Part shown: in pieces, positions 15,062 through 28,998 of the stretch | Layout of the letters: each line of letters begins with the position of its first letter | Position numbering within the stretch: the stretch's first letter is position 1 | Assembly: GCF_009914755.1 (NCBI RefSeq) | Contig: NC_060933.1 | Length of the DNA stretch: 64,000 bases | Direction: 5' to 3' (one strand) | From: the human T2T-CHM13v2.0 reference genome, Homo sapiens | The notes under the pieces: model-generated | Told to the model about the DNA's origin: nothing | Database searches by the model: none | What the model saw: the letters and a program-made list of their open reading frames with translations, nothing else | Translations under genes and position numbers: made by a program

Positions 15062-16049
15062 TAATATTAAATCTTAAGGCTCCAGAATAATCTCCCTTGA
15101 CTCCACATTCCACCTTCCAGACACACTAGCGTTCCCAAAGCCATGAGACTTTGGGAAGCCCCAGCCTGTGGCTTTACTCAGCTCAGCCCACACAGCGACT
15201 CTGATATGCAGGAGTCTTTTATCTGCAGCTCTCCCAGGCTCATGTTGCTCACTAGCAGTTTTATAGTTCTGAGGTCTTCAGAGAGACCCATCCCCCTCCC
15301 CTGGCCCTACTAGGCATTGGACCTAGGGAGGACTGTCTTTGACAGCTCTGTCCTTGCAGCTGATCCCTGCAGCATTCTTTGAAATGTAGCTGAAGGCTGC
15401 CATGCTTCCACAGCTTTTGCACTCTGCAGGCCTGCAAAGTTAGCAGCCCGTGCACATCGCCAATGTTTATATGACTTCTATATTCCAGAGTGGTGACTGG
15501 TGCTGCACCCAGGTCCACTTGAGCCATGATTGGGGTTGCCAAGCTATGCTGCACCAGAAGGAGAAGAACATACATTTGAGGTGACACAGGCAACAAACTC
15601 TAAGGTCCTACAAGAACCTCCCTGGAAACCTTGCCTTCAAGGCCTTAGTGCTGTGAGCCTGTGATGGAGGGGCAATCTCAAAAATCTTCAAAATACTTTC
15701 AGGCTCATTATCCCATTGTCTTAATGAATAGCTCCTAGTTTCTTTCTCTCCATACTAATCTTATCAAAGGGTCACTTGGCCACATTCTTTTTTTTCTCTT
15801 GAACAGATCTTTTTATTCTTTACATGGCCAAGCTCCAGATTTTCCAAATTTTTGTTCTGCTTACCTTTTGAAGATAAATTGTATCTTCAAATAATTTCTC
15901 CCTTCTCCCGTTTTACTATATGCAATTATGAGAAGCCAGGCAGCCCTTTCAACATTTTGCTTAGATATTTCTCCAACTAGATGTCCAAGTTCATTACTCT
16001 TAAATTTTGCCTTCCATAAAGCCCTATAGCACAATTTAGCCAAGTTCTT

Positions 16050-16426
16050 TTTTTTATTATTTTATTATTATTATACTTTAAGTTTTAGGGTACATGTGCA
16101 CAACATGCAGGTTTGTTACATATGTATACATGTGCCATGTTGGTGTGCTGCATCCATTAACTCGTCATTTAGCATTAGGTACATCTCCTAATGCTATCTC
16201 TCCCCCCTCCCCCCACCCCACAACAGTCCCCGGTGTGTGATGTTCCCCTTCCTGTGTCCATGTGTTCTCATTGTTCAATACTGTGCAGCCATAAAAAATG
16301 ATGAGTTCATGTCCTTTGTAGGGACACGGATGAAGCTGGAAACCATCATTCTCAGCAAACTATCACAAGGACAAAAAAACAAACACCGTATGTTCTCACT
16401 CATAGGTGGGAATTGAACAATGAGAA
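16050..16426 (-). mobile_element. Short L1PA insertion with 5' inversion (twin priming), ~17-bp TSD
   Basis: Antisense 3' end (16050-16279) is joined to a sense segment (16280-16426); flanks aatttagccaagttctt / aatttggccaagttctt. Confidence 0.9.
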
Positions 16427-19317
16427 TTTGGCCAAGTTCTTTGCCACTTTATTACAAGGATGGCCTTTCCACTAACTTCCAACACCACTTTTCTAACTTC
16501 TGTCCAAGATGTCACCAGAATGGCCTTTACTACCTGTATTTCTACCAGCATTATGATCACAACCGCTTAAGTAATCTCTAAGAAGTTTCAGACTTTCCTG
16601 GAAGCTCTCTTCTTTTACTAAGCTCTCATTAGAATTGCCCTTAATGCTTCCTTCATGGCAATCTAGGCTTTTTTGGCCTGTTTCTCCAAATTCTTTTACC
16701 CTAGCACATTTCCAATCCCAAAGCCAAATTTACATTTTCAAGTATTTGTTATATTAACACCCCAATTCCCTGGTACCATACCAATTTTTGTCCTAGTCCA
16801 TTATGTGCTGCTATATCAGGATATCCGCAACTAGGTAATTTATAATGAACAGAAATTTACTGGCTCACAGTTTTAGAAGGTGAGATGTTTAATATTGAGT
16901 TGCTGAGATATTGAGCAAGGGCCTTATTGATGCTTCATCACATGATGGACGTACAGGAGCGCAAAGAGAGGGTGAGAGAGAGAGAGAGCAAGATGGGGCC
17001 AAACTCATCCCTTTATAACAACACCAACCCCACTCATGAGGGTGGAGCCTTCATAACCTCTTCAGTATCCCACTTATTAATACATTACAATGGCAATTAA
17101 ATTTCACCATGAGTTTTGGAGTTGGGGGGAACAACTATTCAAACCGTAAAAGGGTCAATGTAGGTTGCTGAGAGGCCAGTGACCTTCATGTAATCAGTAC
17201 TTATTTTTTCACTATATGCTCTATGTATGTCAAGAACATAATTGGAGCTAAAGATACTGCAATCAATAAAACAGATTAAAACCTTCCCTATCTGGAAATT
17301 GTGTTATAGTGCCTCTTAGGGGAACAGTGTGTTGAGGTGCTGATGAAAACAAGCATATAGATTGTATTAATAGAAAGATGGATTTTGTAGTAACAATACC
17401 ATGAAACGGGGAATTAATTAATTTGATAACTTTAACAAGAAATACAAGAAAATAAGTTGGAGTAGTTTGTTTGTAGATACCTAACGTAGGTATGAAAATT
17501 ACCAATAAAATATGATATAATCAAACTAATACTTTTATTTTAAGCAAAACATTCAAATCTTCACTCTGGCATAATTTTAGTTTTATCAGACAAGGTTAAA
17601 AGTTAGGTAACAAAAAGCCAGAATCCTAGAGCAAGCTAAATGTTACTTTGAGGAGAAGACAACACAATGAATTATTCACCTGACAGAAAGAAATCCCTCA
17701 TCTATGTAAAAACATAGATGTATAAGACAAGAGAAAAATTTTCTAAAATAATAAAAAATAAATTTTCCAACTATATGTCCTCAAGATTGTGTTGTTAAGT
17801 GTATAATTTTCAGATAATGTACTTATAAATATTTTAACCCTCTTCATAGCTTCTCAAATATTCTGTTACCATATAGATCTACAAACAAAACAATACATAT
17901 TATCATTAGAATTGTATACATTTTTCAGTAATACTGTAAAATGGTAGAGTAAGCTGGAAACAAAATTAAAAGTTGGTTCTCAAATCTCCAGAAAATATTT
18001 TCATCCTAGATAAATACATCATGCGTATTCTTTCTACATAATGTTTTAAATTTTGTGTATAGATGTAAAACTAGCATTTTCAGCAAAAATAAATTCCTTT
18101 TAGAAATATGAACTAGCAATTAGACATCTGTTGTACTGTCTTTTCATTACATTCGTTTTTAAGAGTTAACCATAGAATTTGCATATTTGATATAAATACA
18201 CAATTCATCATAAACAATTATTTTATAATTTTTCCAAATTCAATGTTATAATAATGAAGGCCAAGTTTTGCACTTGAGAACAATTTGAATGAATAATTTA
18301 TACATTGCAAGTAAAACAATTATTATTTATATAAGTTTACATGTTAAATCTCTGAATAAAGTTATGTTAAACATATATCCATATCCACTCTTATCTACCA
18401 TATCACACTGTTTTTCACACTCCATATTAAAGTATGTTTTTATGTTTATTTTCATGTGTAAAGTATCACCTGCTGGAGGACAGAAGCCATCTCTTTTAAC
18501 CCAGTTTTCATTGGTTTAACTTTTATTGTTGTTTTGAACAAAATGGTCATAAATTATTATGACATATTTGAAGAATCAATAAGCAAAGAGACATCAGGTA
18601 TAAACCACTGAATACAAAGCAATAATTATTAACATTTAATTAACTCTTAATAAATCAATATAATTTTATTTCTAATAAGAACATATAATTATGTGTATGA
18701 TTTGGACTTTAATATGTTAATTTTAATATCTTATTATATTTTATAGATAAAAATACAAATTAAAAATTATTTGCCCTTTGTTATGTGACTTCAGGAAAAC
18801 TCCTATTCAACATCAGCACTCATGCTGTTTTAGACCAGCAGTCTATAGTCAGCATCTTACTCAAGATTAGTTCCCAGGAAGTAGTCTTCAGTGTTTCTAG
18901 GATGGTTGAAAGGAGTTTACAAGACATCTCTGTTCTTTGTAAACTAACATTATGCTGAAATTTATAATGAAAGTGTTCTGAATCATAAGGGAGTCATTGC
19001 TTGTATTTAGGGCTTACTTGCATGGAGTTTATTATTGTTATTATTAGTACTAATATTATTATTAGTATTGTTGTTCCTCTGGCATTTTGCTGGACATGAG
19101 ATGAAAAATGAAAAGGGTAAATATTATCCCCATATGCTATTATGAATTCTGTCCTTCATAGTTTGTCTTGTTCCATCTAATCTTAATCTCATCCACATTA
19201 TAATCCCATAAACCATGTTTTTGAATTACAAAAATGTTAACTTTACAGTGCCCAATTTTAAGTTAAGTAAGTCTAATACTGAACCTGAAGAAACTCAGAT
19301 GAGTAGAAACCTTTTGA

Positions 19318-19768
<451 letters not shown>

Positions 19769-20828
19769 TAGTTTAAATTGCAGATTATGCTATAAATTTA
19801 TATATCTCTGTGTGTGTGTATATATATATATACACACACACAAACATATATATACACACACACATATAAATTTATAGCATGATTATAATGTTTGCAAATC
19901 ACAAATGGGCCAAGAGACTTTTTTTTAAGAAAACATTTGTTATAGATGTGAAAAAATGAACTGGGCATCTTTAATATTCCAACAAATCATCTAGTCCAAA
20001 GTGGTTTCTGCAGAAACCCATATTCAGAAATACAATGATTTGACATTCATAGTACAAAAGACACTTGGATTTAACAGATATTTGCACTCAAAGAATCATC
20101 CCCAAACAAATAAGACAGATGTATATTAATACCAGAGTTGAAAGAAATAGTCGGAAAGGAATTTCAGGTACTAGCTAAAATCAATTATCCTTGAAGCAAT
20201 GTATTTTGTTCTATCATTGCCATTTATATCACAGCTTTCCTGTGCTTGGCATGGCAGAATTTGCACATATGCTATGTTCTTTTATACATTCTAACAGTTC
20301 TTTTCACTGAGAGTTTAATTACTATCACTTAAGCAGAAAAACTTTGTAGAAAAAGAGAGTGAAGCTAATTAAATTTGCAGCTAAGCACAAAGGAAGGAAA
20401 GCAACCTTCTAGCTATGCAGTTTCAATTATTTTGTGGCCAAAATTATGTAATAATTCTATTATTTATAGATACAAGTCATCAAGAGTGAAATGTTTATCC
20501 AATCACCTTTATATTCTTTGGATTTTAACAGATATATAAAATGTAGTATGAAATGTATTCAGGGCATAATAACAATTCCCTGTATTTTATTTTCCTAGAT
20601 TTCACCTTATAAAATAGTACTTCAAAATTATGAGTGAATTTTGAATGTGGATGTTTTTTGTGGTGCAGAATATGAAAAACATTATCAGTTTTCTTAAAAC
20701 AAAAAGTATGATTTGTCATTACTGATAAATGTTTATATATAGTGATCATGATTCCTCTACTTGGGCAATCTCTTACAGCATTAAATCACCATTTAAGCCA
20801 TTATCTACTCCTAACAGCATGATTAAAG

Positions 20829-21000
20829 CAATAGTTTTCAAAGTGTGGTCTCTTCACTGAGAGCATCAGTTGCATCTAGCAAGTCATTAGAAATGAAAAT
20901 TCTCAAGCTCTACCCCAGACTCAATAAATCAGAAACTCTGGAGACAGGTTCTATCAATCAGTATTAAACAAATCTTCCAAGTGATTCTGATATGTGATAA
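20829..21000. mobile_element. MER5A-like hAT-Charlie DNA transposon
   Basis: ttttcaaagtgtggtc ... ttagaaatgaaaattctca ... ccccagact ... aatcagaaactctgg ... aagtgattctgat. Confidence 0.75.
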
Positions 21001-21044
21001 GAAAATATTCCCAAATAAAAAAGATGCATATTATTGTAACAATA

Positions 21045-22038
21045 CTGCAGAGAGCACAGGGCAGGGCAAAGTCTAGCAGAACTGTGGGACCAAGGATGCT
21101 GCAGTGACCCCAGACCCATAAAGCCTTTGGCAAAAAACTCCAGCCTGGGAGAGCTGCAGGCAAGCCACTCCAACCCATGAGAGCTGACATGTGGGCCGTG
21201 ACCAGCAAAGCCACGGGAGTAAGTCCACCTGGAGGACTGGGGACCCAATCCCCACCCCAATGTGAAGGTGGGACTTCCAGTTGAAGAAGAATATTGTGGA
21301 ACCTTAATATTTAATATTTGCCATACTGAGTTTTGTATTTGGTAGAGGTCTTTCATCCCTTTAATCTCTTTCACTTTTCTCTTTTAGCATGGAAATAGCT
21401 ATCTTGTGACTGCCCTACCATTGTAATTTGGATGTACACAACTTGTTTGATGTCACATGTTCACAGCTCGAGGGCAATTTGCCTTAGGATTAATCATATA
21501 TTTGGTCTCACCCAAATCTGATTTAGATGATATTTAGATGAGACTTTGATGCCAGGCCAAGTTAAGACTTTGGGGGCTGTAGAAATGGAATGATTGTATT
21601 TTATATAAGAGAATATATAATTTTGAGTTTCAGTGATGAATGCTATGGTCTGAATGTTGGTGTTCTTCCAAAATTCCTATGTTGCACGTGAGTCCTCAAT
21701 GTGATAATAATAAGAGGTGAGGCCTTTAATAGGTGATTAAGTCATGAGGGTGGCACCTTCATGAATGAGATTATGTCCTCATGAATTGAATTAGTACAAG
21801 GCTTAAAGCTTATTAAGCCTTATACAAGAGACTTGAGGAAGTCTTTTTGCCCCTTCCACCAAGTGAGGACCCAGTAATTAGTCATCATTTATGAGGAATG
21901 GGCCCTCAGCACATAGAATATGCTGATACCTTGATCTCAGACTTTCCAGTCTGTAGAACTGTGACTAATAAATGTCTGTTGTTTATAAATTACTCAGTCT
22001 AACATATTTTGCTATAGCAGCTGGAATGGACCAACACA
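21045..22038 (+). mobile_element. MST/MLT1A-type MaLR internal fragment plus 3' LTR (LTR 21641-22038)
   Basis: Internal end (gttaagactttggggg...) followed by tgctatggtctgaatg ... aataaatgtctgttgtttataaattac ... ggaccaacaca. Confidence 0.75.
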
Positions 22039-22304
22039 TACATTAATTTACATCAGAGATGTTTATGACTAATCCTTCCACAGTAAGAAAATGTTAAAGT
22101 CCTTTACCTGTATGAATAATAAAAATATATTTTCTGTGTCTTTTCATATTCTCTGTTTTGTTGCTTAGCTCAATACTCTTTTGAGGGTTTCATGTAAACT
22201 CTAGTAATGTATGCCATGTAAGTGTTTTTATCTGCAATTATAAAATTACTTTGTATATTATTTTTCCTTCACTCTGCTATTGTAATGTAGTTTATAGGTT
22301 TATA

Positions 22305-23740
22305 CATCAGGCAAACGAAGCCCAAAATTAATAGAAGAAAAGAACTAATAAAGATTAGAGCATAAATAAATAAAATTGAAATGAAGAAAACAATACAAAA
22401 CATCAATGATACAAAAGTTGGTTTTTTGAAAAGTTAAACAAAATTGTTAAATTTTTAGTGATACTAAGAGAGAAAGAGAGAAGATCCAAATAAATAAAAT
22501 CAGAGGTGAAAAAACACACATTAAAACTGACACCACAGAAATTCCAAAAATCATCAGTGGTTACTATGATAAACTGCATGCCAACTAATTGCAAAATCTC
22601 AAAGAAATGGACAGATATCTAGACATACAACCGACCAAGATTGAACCATGAGGAAATTCAAAACCTGAACAGACTCATAGCAAGAAACAGGATAATATTC
22701 TATATATAAGATTTTTATATGCTAGAATATACATATGTAATATTTTATAAATACGTTATATATAAAATTTGTATAGTTTATATAGTTTATCTTTATAAGA
22801 TCATACAATCTCCAGAAAGACACAATTTTTCTATTTCCTTCTTATTTGGATGCCTTTTATTTCTCTTTCTGGCCTAAATGTTCTCACTAAAACTTCCAGT
22901 ATAATGTCACATAAAAGTGAAGATAGTGGGTGCCCTATCTTGTTCCTGATTTTAGAAGAAAAGCACTCAGCTTTTTGCTATTACGTTAGCTGTGAGCTTG
23001 CCATATATGGTCTTTATTGTGTTTAGGTATATTTCTTCTATACCGAAATTGTTGAGAATTTTTATCATGCAAGTATGTTAAGTTTTATGAAACACTTTTT
23101 TCTCCATCTTTTGAGATGATAGTATTATTTTTTTAAAAATTAATTCATGTGAATACATGGTAGGTAAAAAAATTTAATTTATGTGGGTACATGGTAGGTG
23201 TATATATTTATGGAGTATGTGAGTTGTTTTGATAAAGGCATGCAGTGCCTAATAATCACATCATGGAAAATGGGGTATTCATTCCCCTCAAACATTTATC
23301 CTTTCTTTGTGTTACATATAATCCAGTTATACTTTTCTAGTTATTTTTAAATGTATAATAAATTATTGTTGACTGTAGTCACCCTGTTGTAGTATCAAAT
23401 ACTAGATCTTATTCATTCTATCTAACTATAATTTTGTACCCATTAAACATCCCTCACCATCCCCATTACTCTTTCCAATCTCTGGTAACTATCCTACTCT
23501 CTATCTACATGAGTTCAATTGTTTTAACTTTTAGCTCCCACAAAGGAGTGAGAACATGCAAAGTTTGTCTTTCTGTGCCTGGTTAATTTTACTAAACATA
23601 ATGACCTCCAGTTCCATTCAGGTTGTTGCAAATGACAGAATCTCATTTGTATGTCTGTGTGTGTGGCTGGATATACTCAATTGTATATATGTACCTTTTT
23701 TTTTTTATCCATTCATCTGTTGATGGATGCAGGTTGCTTC
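22305..23740. mobile_element. Mixed L1 fragments (sense ORF2 ~22305-22695; antisense ORF2 and L1MA 3' UTR ~22820-23740)
   Basis: aaaagttggttttttgaaaag ... ccacagaaattc ... aacctgaacagac (sense); later antisense L1 motifs. Confidence 0.75.
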
Positions 23741-24880
23741 CCAGCCTCCAGAACTGTGAACCAATACATTTCTGTTCTTTATAAATTACCCAGTCTCAAA
23801 TATTTTGTTATAGCAGCATAAATGGTCTAAGAAACTGGTACCAGAGAAGTGAGGTGTTGCTATAACAAATACCTAAAAATGTGAAAGTGGCTTTGGAACC
23901 GGGTAATGGATGGAGGCTGAACAATATTAAAGTCAATGCGGGAAAATCCTGTATTGCTGTGAACAGAGCATTAAAGAATATTCCAATGAAGACTCAGAGA
24001 ATGAGACCTGTAGACAAAGCTTCAGTTTTAGAGGTTATCTAAGTAATTCTGAACAGAATGCTGGTACAGATTATTTAGGTGATTGTGAAGAGAATGCTAG
24101 TAAAAACATGAACAGAAAAGTGTCATACTAAGGAGATATTACCTGAAAATCAGGAATGTCTTATTGGAAACTGGAGGAAAAGTCATCCCTGTTAGAAAGT
24201 GGCAGCGAACATAGCTGAATTGTGTTTATGTACTAATGCTTTGTTGAAAGCGGAATTAAAGAGTGATTAAGTAGGATATCCGGCAGGAGAAATATATGTG
24301 TAAGCAAAGCATTTAGAGTGCTACATGTTTTCTCTTAACTGCTTATAGTAAAGTATGAGGAGAGATAAAGAAATTAAAGATGAAGCTTATAATTAAATGG
24401 TAACAGAACTGAAATATTTGAACAATTTTCTGCTTGGTTAAGTTATGAAGAATAAAATGTGATGTTTGGGAGAGAAAATCAAGGCTGTGGCCTTTTATTA
24501 AAGAGATTAATGACCAGGTGCGGTCATTAATTACAGGTCACGCCTGTAATCTCTGCACTTTGGGAGGCTGAGATGGGTGGATTACGAGGTCAGGAGTTCA
24601 AGACCAACCTGATCAACATGGTGAAACCCCGTCTCTACTAAAAATACAAAAATTAACTGGGCGTGGAGGCGCATGCCTGTAATCCCAGCTACTCAGGAGG
24701 ATGAGGCAAGAGAATCACTTGAACCTGGAAGGTGGAGGTTAAAGTGAGCCGAGATTGCACCACTGCTCTCTAGCCTGGACGACAGAGCAAGACTCTGTCT
24801 CAAAAAAAAAAAAAAAAAAAAAAGTGAGATTAACATGGATAGAAAGAGTCTAAGTACTATTACTCAAGAAAATGTGGTCA
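23738..24880 (+). mobile_element. Partial MST-type LTR plus internal region
   Basis: cttcccagcctccagaactgtg ... ggtctaagaaa, then ctggtaccagagaagtgagg (LTR/int junction). Confidence 0.75.
24511..24823 (+). mobile_element. AluS (Sg/Sc-like) element with altered 5' head
   Basis: Dimer with poly-A tail; ggattacgaggtcaggag. Confidence 0.92.
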
Positions 24881-24889
24881 TGACAGAAG

Positions 24890-27578
24890 GCCATAGCCCT
24901 ACCCAGAACTGGAGCTGATTTTGGGAACAGTGAAAAATATAAAAGTACAAGCAGCAGCAGGAATGCCTTGCAGGCATTCCTAATCTCCAGTGTGGAACAA
25001 GGGAAGCCATTCCTTATTTATGTCAGAAGGGAGCTCAGAGAAGTAAGCCAACTAGCTTAGACAGGGGTAGAAGTTTGAAAGAAGCACCCAGCTGAAATTC
25101 ATGATATAATCTCAAGTAGGTATGAACTCCGTTGACCAGAATCTGAAAGGGGAAAAGTGGGAGGGAGCAGGAATTGTGCTGCAGACAAAAGCACAGAAGC
25201 TAAGCACCCAGCATTGTAGTCAGACAAGGAGGGGCATGTCCTGAAAGCCATAGTAGCTATAAGCTTATGGCCTGGGCAGGTCTGAGTTCTGTGTGCAGAC
25301 TGCCTGAATCTTAACCTGGGGCTACTAGTGAAGCATTGCAGGAGTGAGATTTGCCTTTCCAACGCCTGGGAGCTGGGTGAGACTTACTGCTGCCTGCTAC
25401 CTCTCCACTCTCCTTGCAAACTCTTCTGTGCAGCAGAGACAGTTATACTCCCCTCTGGAACGTTACCTGAGAGGCCTGAGAACTAGCCATTGACACACAC
25501 AGGAGCCACATCTTACCTGGCATGTGGAGGGTCAGATTACAGAGCTGTCTGACCTAGCCACCATCTGGCCCTCCACTTGCACTGGTAGCTTAACACAAAG
25601 GATATAAAATTGGGGGAGATTTATAGCTCTGCTCATTGCCTGAGGAACCACAATACCCACCCTGGGCAAGCAAGGGTATGCTCAAATCTCACTGCTACTA
25701 CTGCAGCTGGTGCTTTTTGCAAGCACCACCTTCTCTCTGGAAGCCAACCTACACAGTCAATTACAGCATCTCTGGGTAGAATGACACTGTGCCTAGAAAG
25801 GACAAAATGAGTGTGCAACTTCAGCTATCACTATTGCCTACAAATCCCTAGATAACCAAAGGTTCTGGGTCTGTCTACATGATAAGTTCACTACTATTAT
25901 AACCAGCATTCAAGAAAGCCAGCACGCTAAGCTTTTCTACAACCAAGGAATCTCAAAGTGTCTACATCACTCCCCTGCCACCCCTATTAGAATTGGTGCT
26001 GCTTCCCACTGTTGGGAGTCTTGAGGATAGGTTACACCACCAGATTCCTTGCAGATATTTCCCAGCACCAGCCTGGGGTGTGGCAGCCCCACTGGGTGGC
26101 TTGACTCAGAATAATAATAGCAGTCACTGTAGTCTGGCTGTCAGGAACTCCTAGTGCCAGGAGAAGGGAGGGAGCACCACATCAAGGGAACTCCCACGGG
26201 ACCAAATAATCTGGATGGCAGGGCTTGGGTCCCAGATCATTTCATTGGTGGGAATTTTCTTATAGCAGAGACACAGTGGCAGTGCTGGGCTCAGCAAGGA
26301 AAGTCTGCACCTCTACCCTAGCAGTCAGGCAGCCTTGGTACCATGAAGGGTCTTAGAGAAGGGTTCGTCTTTCACCCTTTGACCACTACTGCAGACACAG
26401 GAGAACCCACAGGAGCTCAGCATGGATGCACTTACAGGCAGCCTTCCTGAAACACTTCAGGGTGAGTGCTTCTCAGGAGGAGCACTCTCCAGGTTCAGGC
26501 TTGCATTACAGGCAGTCACAGTTCCTTTCTATTTGGAGCATTAACACTTCTATAGATGAAAAGAGGTGCCTGTCTGATCTGAATAGCCAGAACACTGCAG
26601 CAGAAGTGAGACCATGAAGTGAATAGCTTTTCTGCTGGCCTGGCAGAGGAGCTGAAGTAGCTCTCACCTTTCACCCTGATAAGACTTCAGTGCATCTAAC
26701 TTGGGCTCCTGCAGCCATCTTCATCAAGACAGCGATCTCTGCCCACCACTGGGTATTGCAACTACCCACCCACCGTAGCTACAACAAACATGAAAAAATG
26801 CTCACCATCACTAATCATCAGGGAAATGCAAATGAAAACCACAGTGAGATCCCACCTTACTCCTATAAATACGGTCATAATTAGAAAGTCAAAAAACAAT
26901 AGATGTTGGCATGGATATGGTGAAAAGGGAATACTGTTACACTGCTGGTAGAAGTTTAAATTAGCATAACCTCTATGAGAAACAGTATTGAGAGTCCTTA
27001 AAGAACTAAAAGTAGATCTACCGTTTAATCTAGCAAACCCACTAGTAGGTATCTACCCAAAGGAAAAGAGGCCTTTTATGAAAAGGACATATGCACACAC
27101 TTGTTTATAGCAGCACAATTCACAATTGCAAAGACATGGGACAAACCTAAGTGCACATCAACAAATTGAACAGGTAAAGAAAATGTGAGATAGATATATA
27201 TATATATATATATATAAAATGAAATAGTACCCAGTCATAAAAATGAATGAAATAATGTCCTTTTCAATAACTTGGATGGAGCTGGAGGCCATTATTCTAA
27301 GTGAAATAACTCAGGAACGGAAAACCAAATATTGCATGTTCTCACTTATAATTGTGAGCTAAACTATGAAAACGCAGAGACATAAAGAGTGATGTAATGA
27401 ACTCCAGAGACTTGGGAGAGAGAGATTGGGATGGGGGTGAGAAATAAAAGCCTACACATTGGGTACAGCATACACTACTTGGCTAGTGGGTGCACTAAAA
27501 TCTCAGAATTCGGCCTTATAGGATCCATCCATGTAACCAAAAGCCATTTGTACCCCAAAGGCTGTTGAAACAAAAAAT
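24890..27578 (+). mobile_element. L1PB-like 5'-UTR-type sequence (~24890-26780) abutting an L1PB ORF2 end/3' UTR (~26780-27578)
   Basis: A GC-richer 5'-UTR-like block switches abruptly to aaacatgaaaaaatgctcaccatcactaatcatcagggaaatgcaaat ... tgtaccccaaaggctgttgaaacaaaaaa. Confidence 0.6.
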
Positions 27579-28670
27579 ATGAAATATATGTATGTATACA
27601 TACATAAAACCAACTTTTAGTAAGTAAAAGCATGGTACTAGCATCAAAAAAAGACATATAGACTAATGGGACAGAATAAGGAACACAGAAATAAAGCCAC
27701 ACATATTAATATAAACTCAACCAATCTATGACCTGGGTGCCACAAATATGCGATGGGTAAAATATGGTCTCTTTAAAAAATGTTATTTGTTAAACTGAAT
27801 ATGCATAATATTGAAAATGGACATTTGTCTCACCCTATATAAAATATCAACTTAAAATGAATGAAAGATTGAAATGTAATACCTGAAATTGTATATTGAC
27901 TAGAAGAAAAATAGAGGAAATGCTTTTTGACATTGTTCTTTATAATTTAATGTGTTTCTCAAGTGATGAGAAACTCATTTAACCTACAAAGACACTCATA
28001 TACTGAAAGTGAAAGAATGGAAGAAGGTATTCTATGTAAATGAAAATTAAAAGAGTGCAGTAGTTGTAATACTACTGCATATCATAATCAGATAACATAA
28101 ACTTTAAGTCCAAAAATGGTTTTCAAAAGTACAAATAAAACCATTATATAATGATAAATGGGCCAATACAACAAGAGGATATAACGCTTGTAAATATATA
28201 TGTCCCCAACACTGAAGCACCTAAGTATATAAGAAATATTAACAGAATTAATGGGAGAAATTGACTGCAATACAATAATAGTGGGGAACTTCAACATCAC
28301 CTTTTTTTTTTTTTTTTTTGCATTGTACAGATTATCCAGACAGAAAATTAGCAAAGATGTATCAGGGTTAAACTTCACATTAGACCAAATGAACCTAACA
28401 GACATTTACAAAACATTCCATCTGATAGCTGCAGAGTACACATTTTTCTCAAAAGCACAAGAAACATTACCCAGGAGAGATCATGTGTTAGTTCGCAAAA
28501 CAAGTCTTAACAAATTTAAAAACATTGAAGTCTTATCAAGTATCTTTTCTGATCACAATGGAGTACAACTAGAAATCAATAAATAAAAGAACTTTGGAAA
28601 CTGCAAAAGTACATGGAAATCAACCAATATGCTTAATGGGTCAACAAAAGAATTAAAAAGAAAATATAAG

Positions 28671-28998
<328 letters not shown>

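Larger units (their letters stand above)
14042..17149 (-). mobile_element. Two-LTR MST-type MaLR provirus (LTR ~14042-14405, internal region, LTR ~16789-17149) with nested Alu and L1
   Basis: Two similar LTR copies (tgctgctgtaac/tgctgctatatc ... attcaaacc) bracket MaLR internal sequence (track ORF 15861..16043 is MaLR-int-like). Confidence 0.8.
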
